Shown here: positions 39,021 to 52,320 of the stretch, piece after piece
Position numbering within the stretch: the stretch's first letter is position 1
Layout of the letters: each line of letters opens with the position of its first letter
Origin: Lama glama
Lineage: Eukaryota
NCBI GenBank assembly: GCA_028534125.1
Contig: CM052832.1
Location: 24,182,001-24,246,000, forward strand
Reading direction: 5' to 3'
Length of the DNA: 64,000 bases
Notes under the pieces: generated by a model
What the model was told of the DNA's origin: nothing
What the model saw: the letters and a program-made list of their open reading frames with translations, nothing else
Databases searched by the model: none
Position numbers and translations under genes: made by a program

Positions 39021-41829
39021 GAATTCACTTTCATTCTCTTTCTGGAAATCAGAATGTTGTCTCAGTTTTTGAGCCTGCCTTGTTCTCTATAACTCCTCAT
39101 AGATTAATGACAATGATTCAGCAATCTCTTTAACAATGTTTCTCATTTTTGTCTTTTCATAAGAGATGGAGGGAAGGAAAACCATTTAGGTAGAAGAATA
39201 AAGGCATCTACCTGGGTGTGTCTGGAGTGGACACTCCTTTCTGTGCAAACCTGCTATTTCTGAGGTCCCAGAATTCTCTTTAGAGGGAGGCTGATGAGTT
39301 GAGACAGCAGTCTTTACTATGTCAAAAAGCCAGAATCCACAACTTCTTTGTTCATGCATGATCCAAAAGAGTAAGAATTATTCCCTAGTAGGCCGGGTTC
39401 AGAGCACGCATAGAGGAGAAACAACACGAGCACTATCAGGAGGTACAGGCAAGTAAGTAAGGAATGAAATGAATGAAAATTAGATCCTGTGGTTTAAAAC
39501 TTCCCAATACATCATCCCTAGTAAAAAGGGAGACCTGTGTTTGTCTCTGTATTTCTCCACTTCAATTGGGCAGCATCAGTGGTCTCTCTTCTCTAGGGGA
39601 GAAGACAAGTGTCTGCTGGTCTGGATTAAGATACATTAATGGGGGAGCATGTGGCCATTTACACAGGGCTTGTTCCCACGTCGCGCCGAGGTTCACAAAT
39701 TAATGAAAAGGAAATGTGCTACATAAATGTGGAAACGTATTAAGCGTGAGATCATCACTCCTAGTGATCTCTATTTTACAAGAATCGAAATTAAAGAAAC
39801 AACCCCCACTTCCATCCATTCACACCAAAAAAATCATCCTTCTAGCAGCTGATCATACTTTGGAGGACAAACAACGGCAATTTTTAATGGTGGTAAGGAC
39901 AGAGTCTGTTCGCATAGAATTTTATTGAGATGGTATTGGAACAAAGTGCTATTTATTTAAGTACCGCATTTCTTTTTCCTTCGTTCTTTCAACAGGTTAG
40001 TAATTACAGAAGTAGTAATTAGCCTTGACAGACAGTACACAAAATGACGAATGGAGCGTGTGTTCCGCGGAGGGGTTCTGCGATGCCAGGCTTATTCTTT
40101 TCCGTCGAAGCTAATTATCCTTATTATCCGGCATGACTCCTTTTTTCCTGAATTATGAGTGGAAAAGTGCTGAATAGAAATTTCTTTTTTTCCCAAAGTG
40201 CCCTAAACTGTGGAGGGAAATGAAAATCACAAACAATGGAAAGCTTGTTCAATCATCTCTAGAGGGATTCTGGAGGAAATTCCTTTTTCGTGCATAATAG
40301 AAACGTAAAGTGCTTCCCTGCAAATGGTCTGGGCTGGTTTTATTTTGCCACGTGGAAGATGGGAGGGAAAGTGCTAGACTCAGCCCCAGTCTCGAGTAAA
40401 GCAGCAGGAAGAAAGATGGAGAGTCTTGAATCCTTGGGCAAGGCCAGTAAAGCATGGGGTGTGAAGCTGTGTTTAGACATCGGGGTATGACAAATTCGAG
40501 GTAACCTATACGACAATTAAGTCCCCACCAGCCCAAACTCTCAGGGTGAGGCAAGGTATCTGGGATCCTGCCTTGCCCAAATGCTACCTGTGAACTGATC
40601 TGGGAGGAGAGACTTCAGTGTTAAACCCAGGTCCTGTGCAATCCTTTATCGCTCTCTGTTCCCCACTCTTGTGCCCCTCCCCATTATAGTGATGCATATG
40701 AGCAAAATTCCACAGATGGTGCATGCTTTTATGAGCTCAGTCCTGAAATTTGGTTTGAAATTTCCCCAGTGTCCTCTGAGCTTCTGTCTTTGCAACAGAT
40801 GCACTTAAATGTTAGCAATTTATTTGCGGCCTGTGTTACAACCAGAGCTAAAGAGGGGAGAGAGGGGACTGTCATACCATGATCACAACTGCTGCAGGAG
40901 TGAGGGGGGCAGAGCTCGGTCTCTGCAGGCACAGCCGGCGAGCCACAGCAAAATCAGTTCCGTCCTCCCCTCCAATTCAAGTCTGTTCTGTGAATAAGAC
41001 GTTAAATCCAATTATTCTCGAGGAAGTTCTTGGCTTTCTTTAGCCTCTCCTGCTTAGTAATCCCACATGACAGCATCTCGTTTTCGGCTGTTACCACTTA
41101 AGCAGGCCTCTCGACTTCGGAGGGGCAGGATGTAGAAATTCATGAGTCCGGGGAGAGGCAGATTCTTTTTAAGGACACCGGAGCTCTGTAAGGTGACACC
41201 GTCTAAGAATACAGGGTTGGTTCCAGAGTAACGTGTGAGTCAGCCCTTTTGTTTAGTGTGTCAACAGCTATATGCTCATTTAGCTGTACTGAAATATTCT
41301 TGAACAGAAAGTTATGGGCTTTCTGTGTGGGTTGAGAAATGTCAGCCCAGAGAAGCAGGCAATTAACAAAAGCACAATGTTATCTTCCTCTAAAGCAGCC
41401 ATCACACGTGAGATCCAGAGATGATATGTGATTTCTCAGCTAGGGGCATGTGCTAATAAAAATTAATGAAGGCTGGTACCAAGTCCTGGAGAAGCCACTT
41501 CGATCGTCTAACTAGGATAAAAATCCCGCACGGGCTTGTGGTATTATTAAGTAGGTCAGCTGTGCCACTGGCCAAACTGTCCAGATGCCATCCTCCATTC
41601 AGTGGTATTGGGGAACTATTCTACCCCATGGTTCACAACCTTTCATCCTTCATACAAAGCTGATGTTGTCACCTTCTTAACAGTTTTAGTTCACTTTTTC
41701 CACAAGACTCTTCATAGCAAAATGGAGATATTCCAACGTCACTAAGTCTAAGTTTTCGATTTTCATTATTCCTAATTAATTTGGTTGAACTGGAAGTTCC
41801 TTTAACAGCTGGCGCTGCAATTTTTGACC

Positions 41830-41930
41830 TTGCCATTTGCTTTCTGGATGATCTAAGCAAGTAACTTAAATCTAATCCTTAACTCCCTCACCCATAAAAT
41901 GGGGATCTAATAGAATTATTTCAAATTTCC
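41830..41930 (+). mobile_element. MIR fragment
   Basis: gatgatctaagcaagtaacttaaatc...ctccctcacccataaaatgggga. Confidence 0.6.
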
Positions 41931-42379
41931 TTAAGCCACGGCACTAGAATATGACAAATAGCCCTTCAGAAAGAGACTGGTGTCAGTTTCTATGCACACA
42001 CAGACTGGGTCATGTTGCCTACCTGACGTGTTTGGTCTCTCATGGTCTGGTTGATGAGTACTGTTTTAGAGAAATCAATCAATCCATCAATCTGGTGAAA
42101 ATCACTTTTCAAAGAGATTAAGTTAGGTAAATAAACTTAGCACTGTTCCTGGCATTCTGTAAGCTCATAATAAATCTTTGTTGTTATTTATCAAAGAACA
42201 ATAACAACTGTTACTATTCTATATGCACTAGGGTCATTTAAAGCATGACCATGTGCATTACATAATAATGCCGGTACCATACTCCCGTACTATACGAAGA
42301 CAATAATGCATCCAGTTACAGTCATCATTTGTGAAATGTTAAGCGGAGAGTATCGATATGAAATAGGCTCCAGATGGAG

Positions 42380-42860
42380 GATGATTTTTCTAAAATTCAG
42401 ATCCGATCATATCACTCATGCTTAAACCCTTCAATGGTCCCCATTGCTCTTAATATAAAGCCCAAATCACACGAGACTTTGCGAGGCTCTACGTGACAGA
42501 TCGTGTCTTGCCCACTTTCCGCGATGCTTCCTCACCAACATCTAAGCACGGGCTCCCCTCTGCCGGGAATATTCTTCCTCCCCCCAGCCAATCCCATAGC
42601 TACCACCTACACACCCTTCAGGATCCCACTTCCATAGGACTGCCTCCTGGAGGTCCTCCCAGATTCGGCATGCCTCAGCTGGGGGTCCCCCTGGTCTGAT
42701 CCCACAGCATTGTGGAAGGTTTGGGGTTTTTTTTCTATCAAAGATTTCTTTCTCTTTTCTTCTCCCTCCCTAGCTTGGGGGGCTCTGTAGGGGACTGCGA
42801 GTGCTGAGTTCACCACTGTTGCTCTGGGCATTCATGTACTCATGATTCATTTACGTAACA
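42380..42860 (+). mobile_element. L2 fragment
   Basis: tctaaaattcagatccgatcatatcactcatgcttaaacccttcaatggtccccattgctc is a classic L2 motif. Confidence 0.7.
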
Positions 42861-44929
42861 AATTTTATTGAGTCTCTGAACAGGCAATGCTCAATCTTCC
42901 ATCCTCCGTAATGTGAGTTGCATGGCTCAAGTAGATTAGTGATTTAAAATTAGATTTAGCCTAAAACACATACATACCATACTACTCAGACGGGCTTATT
43001 CTATTACCGTATGTCATTAGGAAATTCTAGGTGGAGGTCAAGGTTTGGGACATCTGCCAATAAGTTTAAACATATCAGTTTTTTACTGTTAACCACAAAG
43101 ATGTCTTTGTGGGAAGAGCTAATGAGAGACAATCTGGTGAGAGGGGGGAGGAGACTTAACCTAATGCTACATTTGCTTAGCAAGCACACTCATTTATTCA
43201 TTTGGGGTGATCTGGGGGGAGAACGGAGCCCCTCCCATGGATCAGTCCACATGCCCCTACCAAGCTGAGCTTCTGCCCTGGTCCCCTCTGCCCTGGTGAA
43301 GCCTGTGGCTGGCTTTGAGGTTTGGTAGCATCGGCTTTCAGGTTCCACGCTGGCCTCCCCAACTTCCCACCTGCACTTCTCAATGAGGTGTGGGAAGCCA
43401 GCTTCCTGGAAATTCCAGAACACAGGGACAGAGAGAGCTGGATCTCCATACATATTTTGCAAGGCTGTTCATCCTCAGAAGGCATTCTAGGTTGTCAGGC
43501 AATCCTGACAGATGGAGCAAGTCCCTAGTAAACTTCAGCACCTGAAATGTAGATTTCTGATTAAGGGAATATGGCCTTGTGTTACTTGTAGACAGTTATG
43601 AGCTATAATCATGTTTAAATCTCCCTGCAAACTATATCTGTTATGCCAGAATCACTCTGCTTAGGTTTACAGTCTGCTCAGAACAGTAACTCCTCAGGGT
43701 ATTAGATTTTTAAACAGCTGAAAGGTAGTGCTCAGGGATTTACGTCCATGGAAATTTATACACTTTGTTAAGTGTATTCCTCAGCCATAAAAATGAGAGG
43801 AGCTAATTTTGTTTATGCTCTCAGTTTATTGTTTGCTTGGCTAAAAGTCAGGTTGCCAGCAACCAAGAGGATAAAACATGAGTCAATGGCTAAGAAAACT
43901 TTAAAAGGTTTAGATATAGCTGCTTTTAGCTTTCTGAATCGCTGGTGCCCACTTAAAATAACAGATGCACTAAGATTTCCCTGGCGTTACACAAACGCCA
44001 AGGGCAGTGGAAAGCTGAACTTCTCATACTTCCTAACAGTTTTTGTTCGGTATGACCCTACCCTGCAAAACCTAAGATCTGCTGGTGGCTTTTTACTATA
44101 ATAGTTTTACTACTGTGGTCGAAGCTGGCATGAAATCAGTGAGTGGAAGAAGCAGGCACTGTTTTTCTGAGAATATGAGATGCCTGCTAATTTCTCCAAT
44201 AGGACAGATTAATTACAGTAATGCGTCAACATAATTATGATAAGGATAGGAATGAAATGAACGTATAGGAATAAAATGCACTTGCCTCTGTGCTGTTGAA
44301 TTCTGCCCTAGGGAGAAAGAGGTCTGGTGTCTGTGTTTTCTAATTTTTCATTTCCAATCTGTCGGAAGCAATGATCCTAGTGCTGCTGTTAAAATGCTAT
44401 TCACCTTCAGACAGACAAGCACAAAAGCCATGGATGTCCCAGAATACTTCCATCAAGGAGCACCCATGCTGGCAAGAAAGGTTAAGGAGATAGTGTTAAG
44501 AAGAAAGGACAAGGTGACAGCGTTGAGGTCATTAACAGAGTTTCAAGACAAGCTTCTCCAGATCTTCTCTGTTATCTTACTGTTCCTCCACGGGCCCCAT
44601 CAGTGGCCGGTCCTGGACTTCAAGAGTGTCATCCCTGGACTGTAAAGCTGGCTGTTTCTAGGGAGTACCACAGGGAGCCCTTTCACTTGCCAAGCATTGC
44701 AAGAAAGGCAAGCAGAGGTCTGCATGCCGGAGGGGTACACCAGTCATCTGGGTGACTTGAGTCAAGTGACTCCAGCTCTCTGGGAAGTCACTGCAGTCCA
44801 GGAATGGACCAGTGGCATGCACTACCTACCTTGGATCTTCTTCCTTACCTCCTTATATAAAGAGATGTTTTACATTCCTTTAATTCTCTTCCTGACAGTG
44901 TTGCTCTTTGTTCTGCTTTCCTTTTCCCT

Positions 44930-45235
44930 TTTTACAATTTGAATTTTAACTTTATCATGATAAGAATCCTCCATATGAAATCTACCCTCTTAACAGATTT
45001 TCCAGTGTACAAAACTGAATTGTTGACTATAGGCACCATGGTATACAGCAGCTCTCCGGGACTCAGTGATCCCATGTGACAGAAATGTCACACCCATTGA
45101 TTGTCTCTTTCCTACTTCCTACTCCCCCTTTCACCCGGCAACCACCCTTCTGCTCTCTGTTCCTCTGAGTCTGTCTGTTTTATGTACCTCATGTAAGTGG
45201 AATCGTGCAGTATTTGTCCTTCTATGACTGGCTTT
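44930..45235 (-). mobile_element. L1MA-like 3' end fragment
   Basis: aaatctaccctcttaacagattttccagtgtacaaaac...cctcatgtaagtggaatcgtgcagtatttgtccttctatgactggc. Confidence 0.85.
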
Positions 45236-46032
45236 CCTCTTTCTTTTGACTCAACAGTAACCTTAAGACCACGGATAGTAGCAGACAATTAAGTTAATTC
45301 AAAAGTACAAGAAGCACTTGAACAGCAAATTGACATGGGGAGTTGGGTTAGACATTGCACTCTGGGGACACACATCACCACCCCGAAGCCACGATGCCAG
45401 TGAGCACCCTGGTTCTCGCTGACCCGTGATCCTGCCATGACTGAAGATGCTTAGGACCTTAAAACCAAGGCTGTCTATGGAATTATTAAAATATTCTGAG
45501 ACTTTTTTTTTAAACAGGACTGAGATTCTATTCTTTATTCTCCAAATTGCTTGGTTTTATTAAGTATAGAATAGTTCTGTGGTTGGATCAGCACCGAATT
45601 CCTGGTTCCATTACACTCTACTTCCGTTACATAGGAGTTTCATTATTTACCTGCATATTCTGGGGAAAAAAAGGATTTATTTTTGTTTGTTTTGTTTTAC
45701 TTGAGCAGTAGTCTTTTACATGAAGTTCCATATTTATTTTAAGATTTTGAGATCAAATAACATACATTTGCATAAAATTTTTTATTTTGTTCTATAACTG
45801 TGTTTTCCTGTGAAAATTTTTTTTTCTAATTGACATGGCCAGGAACTTCATTATGTACAGCTCACTAAATTCATGATAAGTAAACTGTAAGTTAAGTTAT
45901 AAACATTTTGAAGTACAATATCCTAAAATGTGAAAAATTGATTTACAAAAACATACATTACAAAAATCAGATCAAGTCAAATCTTTTTTTTTAATAGCAC
46001 CATAGATTTATTAACTTAAAAAAACCACTACA

Positions 46033-46330
46033 TTTTTAAGAATTGAGGTATAATGGACATATATTAGTTTCAGGTGTACAACATAATGGTTCAATATTTG
46101 TATATATTGCAAAATGATCACATTGAGTCTAGTTAACATCTGTCACCATACATAGTGACAAAAATATTTTTGTCCATCTGATGAGGACTTTTAAGATCTA
46201 CTCTCTTAACAACTTTCAAATATGTAATACACTATTATTAACCATAATCACCATGCTGCACATTACAGCCTCATGACTTATTTTATAACTGGAACTTTGT
46301 ACCTTTTGACCCCCTTCACTCATCCCACCC
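46033..46330 (-). mobile_element. L1MA9-like 3' end fragment
   Basis: aattgaggtataatggacatatattagttttcaggtgtacaacataatg...tttgtaccttttgaccccc. Confidence 0.85.
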
Positions 46331-46834
46331 AAATTATCTTTCAAAAGTGTACTTTTTCTAGAGTCTGAGTAAAATGTTTGCTATTACAAAATAATTCCAA
46401 CTGAATAAATAGATTAAGTAAATGGGATACTGTTTATCTTATAACACTAGCAACATAGTACTTAGGCGTATTTTAAGCACTGAGTAAAATAATCTTCTGG
46501 TGTCTCATCATCACAGAAAATCAGCTGAGTCCCTGAGGGAAAGGTTATTATAATTTCCTCCCCCATGTAGTGAATCCTTGGACATTAGCCTGGAAGGCAT
46601 CTCTAAAGGTACTTAGCACTAATTAGCACTTTCTATAAAGATCCTCATTTGTGGAATTACTTACAGGGAGTCAGGCATCTCTTAAAAGGGTGCTGAGTCT
46701 TCTTTAGTAGCTCATAGAGAAATTTTGGCAGCCTTTTAAAGATAAGTTCCATTAAAAAAAGAAAAACAAGAGTGGAGACATTGACAAAGATTTCTGAGAA
46801 ATAAGTGTACATTCCAGAAAATTCACTGTGTAAG

Positions 46835-47075
46835 TTTGTTAATAGCAGTGGCAAGAGAACTGTACCCAGATCCAAAGACCTATGCTCTGGTCTTTGTCCC
46901 ACCAGGAACTAGTTGTGACACGTGGGCCCAGTCTTAGTTTTTTGAACCTCATTTTCTTTACCCGGAAAATGGGGTGACATCTTCCCTCCATCATGGGGTT
47001 ATTGTGAGGATAAAATGAAATGACTAACATGAAGCACTTTCCATGAAGCATGGAATCACTGAGTAAATGCAACAC
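46835..47075 (+). mobile_element. MIR SINE
   Basis: gaacctcattttctttacccggaaaatgggg...ggttattgtgaggataaaatgaaatgactaacatgaagcactt. Confidence 0.75.
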
Positions 47076-48176
47076 CTTATGACAGAAATAATCCTGCAAT
47101 ATCTGAGATCACTGAAAAATAAACATTTGATTATTTGTAAAAATAATATGTCTAAAAGGCCAGGCAATAAATTCTGTGGCTGTACGTGTTCTTTTTAAAA
47201 TACAGATTCTCTATTTGTCATTTTTTTTTGATAGTTGGGCACCTCTCCAATTCCTTCATGACCTCTTGAAGAAAAATATTCGGTGTTTCTGAGGTTAATT
47301 TTAGTCAATTCCTTAAATCATATAAGCCTAAAAATTGAAATACAGTCTTTTTCTAGAAATTCAGCTTAATGAGACACTTTCCAATCCTAGAACAGTTTTC
47401 TAGTCTTGACTTTTCTTCCTTTTAAAATTTTTTTCAAATTACATAAGCAACATATGATTATTTTAGAGATTTGAAAAATAGAGAAAAGCAGAGAAAAAGA
47501 AAATAAAATTACCCATAATCTCATCATGTCTTTAAAAAGTTACCTAAACCAACAAGTAAAAGACCCCTCTTCTTGCCACCATCCCCAATTCCAGAGACAG
47601 TTACTGTTTTCCCCAGGAGTGTGTGTATCCTTTCATACTTACCCAAACATTGCCAACCCCTCAACAGAACATGCATATATGAACAACAATAATTAAATCC
47701 AATTGCTTGAGAGTCTTCCAACTTTCTATCATATAAAACCATAGCTTTACACATATTTTTTCAATTTTGTCCATCTGAAGCTATATTTTAGTTAACAGCT
47801 TATTAACTTGATTTACAACTTTTATGTGTCTCCACAGATGGTAAATGGCCTCCATTTGTGCTCTGGCCCCAGGCTCCACAAATGTTCAGGGCAGGGCTGC
47901 ACCAGGGAGCCTGTTACAGCATGCGTTTCCTAGTCCCCTGGCTCCAACTAGCCCTGCAGAACCCCCGCCCCCCTCAGCCGCCATCTTGCACCCCATGATA
48001 ACCCCTAATCCGGGTCCTTCTTGGAAATAGCTGATGTGAGGGAGGGGAGAGGCAGTAAGTGGAAGATCCAAGGGAAGTAGAGCAAAGGGGAGAAAGCGAA
48101 AAAGAGGGAAAGGGATCCAGTAGCTCATTTTAACCCTGTCCTAATAATTATGACACCATATTATAAGAGCTTTTCT

Positions 48177-48332
48177 GGGGGGGGTATAGCTTAGTGGTAG
48201 AGTGCATGCCTGGCATGCATGAGGTCCTGGGTTCAAGTCCCCGTACCCCCATTACAAAAATATATAAATGAATAAACCCTAACATTACCTCCTCCCATTA
48301 AAAGGGAAAAAACACTAAAAAAAATTTTTAAT
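48177..48332 (+). mobile_element. tRNA-Ala-derived SINE (camelid vic-1 type)
   Basis: GGGGGGGGTATAGCTTAGTGGTAGAGTGCATGCCTGGCATGCATGAGGTCCTGGGTTCAAGTCCCCGTACCCCCA (Pol III A and B boxes), then an AT-rich tail. TSD GAGCTTTTCT at 48167-48176 and 48333-48342. Confidence 0.9.
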
Positions 48333-49149
48333 GAGCTTTTCTACTTATCCATTACTGCACAAGACTGTGAGTTTTTGAAGCTGTCAGCTCGATCATGGTC
48401 CAAGTACAGAATGGACACTCCAACAATAGTTGCTGAAGGAACCAAATGGGTGACTGAACAAACAAATGAGAGTCTTGAAACCCTAAAGTAAAAAGTGCAG
48501 AATTACTTATGGATCTCATACACTGACAATGCTGAAAGCAGACCTCTAAAACGTGACGAGTAAGATGCCTTTGGCCACCTCATTTCAGATGCATATCTTC
48601 CAGTAAGATTGTGAAAATATCAGTATCCTTAGCCTATAATCAAATGATGCTTTCACCCTAAATAGGAGGACCAACATGGAGAGCTCTAGTGGAAGTCATA
48701 ACTGCTTTTTAAAATTAATACATCCATGTGTATAGCTGAGATAAAACTTTGTTTTTGGGGTGGGGGGACACTGTGACTCTATTATCAAATTCATTGTTTG
48801 CTTTTGAGTTTGATGACATATCAGCTAGAATTGTGATTTTTGACCCTGTGAAGTAATAATGCAGTAAGGAATCAAAAGATAGCAAGTTTAAGGTAAAGAA
48901 GGGTCTGGTGACGCATTTTTTAAAGGCAGGTAAAACAAATTGTGTCAGCCAAAGTCAGAGTAAAGTTGCTAGTGTTGATAGAATGGCAGCGAAAATCTAG
49001 GAAAGCTTTCTGCTGGCCAAAACAGAAAGACCATTTTTATCTCTACAGTGAATGTTGACACAACATAGAGGAATCAAAACAAAAACATGAGCATCTCTGA
49101 AATACATGGGTTAATTTCTCACCTTGTCTGTTTGCTAACCACAGTATCA

Positions 49150-49620
49150 GCCATGCTGCTGGACTTGGATTTCCATACCTACGATCCAGTAATTCTAAAT
49201 CTAAGGAATTTATTGCAAAGAAATAATTAGCAAGATGCACAGATATTTATATACAAAGATGTTCATCACAGTATTGTTTATATTTAGTGAGATACTCGAG
49301 CAGTGTGTCTGTAGGACAAAACATTGTACAACCATTAAACATCACAGTGTAGAAGGACATAAAATCATGTGGAGAAAGTAATCACAGTATATTTCACAGC
49401 ATATTGTTAAGTGAAAAAAATAGCTTGTAAAATAGTATACAATATGATTCTGCTGTGGTTTTAAAATGCCTACATATGCACAGAGAAATGACTAGAACTG
49501 ACTTACAGCAACATTTTACAGTATTTTTTACCAGGTGACATTAGGAGTGATTCTTACTTTTGTCTTTGTGCCTTTCTCTATTTTATTAATTTCCTATAAT
49601 GCATTTGCAATCAAAAAAAT
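49150..49620 (+). mobile_element. Old L1 (L1ME-like) ORF2 C-terminus and 3' UTR
   Basis: catacctacgatccagtaattctaaatctaaggaatttat...acaaagatgttcatcacagtattgtttata. Confidence 0.7.
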
Positions 49621-49630
49621 TGCTTATGTA

Positions 49631-49795
49631 GGGGAGGGTCTAGCTCAGTGGTAGAGCACATGTTCAGCATGCACGAGGTCCAGGGTTCCATCCCCAGTAC
49701 CTCCATTAAAATAAATAAGTAAATAAATAAAAACCTAATTACCTTCTCCTTAAAACAAAGCAAAACAAATAATAAATAAAATTCTTTTAAACAAT
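49631..49795 (+). mobile_element. tRNA-Ala-derived SINE (camelid vic-1 type), second copy
   Basis: GGGGAGGGTCTAGCTCAGTGGTAGAGCACATGTTCAGCATGCACGAGGTCCAGGGTTCCATCCCCAGTACCTCCA. Shares the aaacctaattacc tail motif with the 48177 copy; A-rich end; degenerate TSD starting aaaaaattg. Confidence 0.88.
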
Positions 49796-52320
49796 AAAAA
49801 ATTGTCCATAAAGGGATTATCTATACCAGCATTTTAATTGGTAACATTGAAAACTGCCACATTCTGCATTCAACTGCCAGGTTGCAAAGTTCACCACCAA
49901 TGTCCTCTTACCTACTTTGTATTATTTAGATATCTGCCTTACTCAGTGGATTGCATACTCAGTTGATGACTAAGTCTGTGTCTAGTTCATTTTCCTATTC
50001 CTAACAGGAAATAAATAAAAACCCATGAAGCAATGTTAGATAGTCTCAAAGATCCAGGCAAAATTAACCCAGAGAAATTCTGAATTCCATGCCACCACCG
50101 AACACGCCCCTCCATCCTCTTACCTGGTGTGGGGCACAAAGCAGTCACGTAGGTTAAAACATTATAATAAGTACCACGTGATGGGTTCCAGCTGTATCTG
50201 CCTCATTTACATACAATTTCATAAGCATTTTACTATTCGCTGTAGTCTATCACTCAGGTTTAAATAAATAGTTGATTACAAATGGCATTGGTGGTCATTT
50301 CAACAGAACACGGAGAGTGAGTCCCTTGTTCAGAACGTAATCCTCATCATGACGTTATTTCAAAGAGAACATCAAATTATTTTTATCTTTTTTTTTCCAG
50401 GAAAGTTTGTCCCTCAGTGAGTGAGACAATTGCTCTCAGATGGGGATTCCCGTATTCTTCACTAGGGGTGAGAGGAGGGGGGGAAAGCTCATCTCTCCAC
50501 CTGAGTCCTTAAGATGCCAATGACATACACCTTAGGTGATTATGAGACCCAGCTGGAGTCACGGTGACCACCGGCATTCCCTGGAGTGTCTGCTGCAGCC
50601 TTAGACACCTGCGCACGTAGCCCTCTGGCAGGTAATTAGGGACAATACAGCTAGTTTAGATTTGGGGATTTTTGTGGTTCCAGCACGCCCAGCCAGTCAA
50701 TATGCCTTAATCATTAGATGTGGACTGTGAACATGAGGCAGCCAGCCTCAGTGACTCATCGGCGTCACAGACGGGGCAGTCTGTTGTGACTCGGGATGGG
50801 CAAAAGAGATAAAGGAATTAAGAAACGTCTTATGCCTGAAGGTGCAGAAGATGCCAGGGTGAGTGATGAGAGCTCAGTGGTGAGGTCGAGAGCAGATGCA
50901 AACTGGTAAGGAGTTTTGTGCGGTGTGTGGAAGGCTCCTTGTTAGCGTGGTCTGCGTGGCTAAGTTAGCCCTCGGCATATGCTGCTTAGCATTGTAATTA
51001 TTTTTCATTTATAGATGCCTTCTCCTTCCAACTTTGCTCTCTGCTGCAGAAGGGTAGGGGCCCCACTGCTCATGTCGGGGTCTCCAGCACCTAACACCCG
51101 GCCTCAGGGAGAAGCACCACTCAGTCAAGACGGCAGGTGACAGTTGTGTCTTGGTCATTGTGGTGATGCTCCCAGCAAAATCTGCTCTGCTGACCAAATA
51201 AAGGTAGAACTTTTAGAGGTGCTGTCAAGCTTGATTGCCCAGCGAAACTTCTTTGGCCTGCTAATCACTGAAAAACAGGCTCTCTCGCTCATATGAGATT
51301 TCCCCTCCTTCCTGTTCTCAGCTAGAAATACCATGAGAACAGACTGTCTCACAGTGTTTTCAGATTTCCACTTCTAGTCCCTGCCAAAAGCAGGAAGTGC
51401 AGAAGTGGGCGATAATTCTTTTTTTCTTTTTAGAACACTTTATTAAAGAGTTTTGGTTGTTACTTGTTTTTTCCCCCTGAACCTCATTAGAATTAATTTG
51501 AGCAATACTTTGAATTTACATAATGATTCTCTTACAAGGCACGCAAAAAGTTTTATTTATCAGTGCCATTTCTCAGTAAGGTAAGGTAGAAAGAGGTACT
51601 GAGGCACAGAATAGTAGATCTTGAGGTCACCTTGGGGATTTTCGGCTCCAGAGTTTTTTGTTTTTTTTTAAGACTGATGAGAAAATTGAGACCCAGAGTT
51701 ATTACCTGGGGTATTTCTTGCTCTATGCTGACACCTACCACGTGTCTCATACCGTCATCCCTCTCTCCTCCCCGCCATGGGGTAACATGGCTTCTCACTT
51801 TTCACACCAACACCACCCTGACCTCCCACCACCGCCCTCCCATCTATCCTGCCCTCTCTGCTGCCCTCCTCCTTACCCTTAAGTCAACCCTTTCACCTGG
51901 GGACAATCAAAAGCAGATAACCATCATTAACAGAGTCAAGAACCACTGTGTCTGAATGTATATTGTTAAAAATGAAGAGAGGAAGGAAGACAAGGAAAAC
52001 AGGAAGGAAGGAAGGAAGGAAGGGAAAAAAAAAGGAGTCAAATATGAGAGAGGGCGAGCAGCACAGGGAAGGAAGCACTGTCTCATCAGGGGCCAAGGAA
52101 ATCATTTCTCTCTGACATGCCTGGTCTCTCCTCTCCACACCTTGCGGCATCTCAACGCCCCTGCCGGGAATGTTGCTCAGTGCAGGGCGCCGCTGGGTCC
52201 TACTTCCTGGAGGTAATGACTCTACCTGACCCTGCTCTAATACTATCCCCAGGTCTGAGGAAGCCTGAAGTGAGTCCTCAAATGAGAGCTGGAGAGGAAG
52301 ACAGAAGTAGGTCCAGTAGG

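Noticed and set aside
48177..48252. tRNA-Ala gene
   Set aside because: It has a SINE tail, a TSD, a mutated anticodon region and a second diverged copy at 49631, so it is a SINE.
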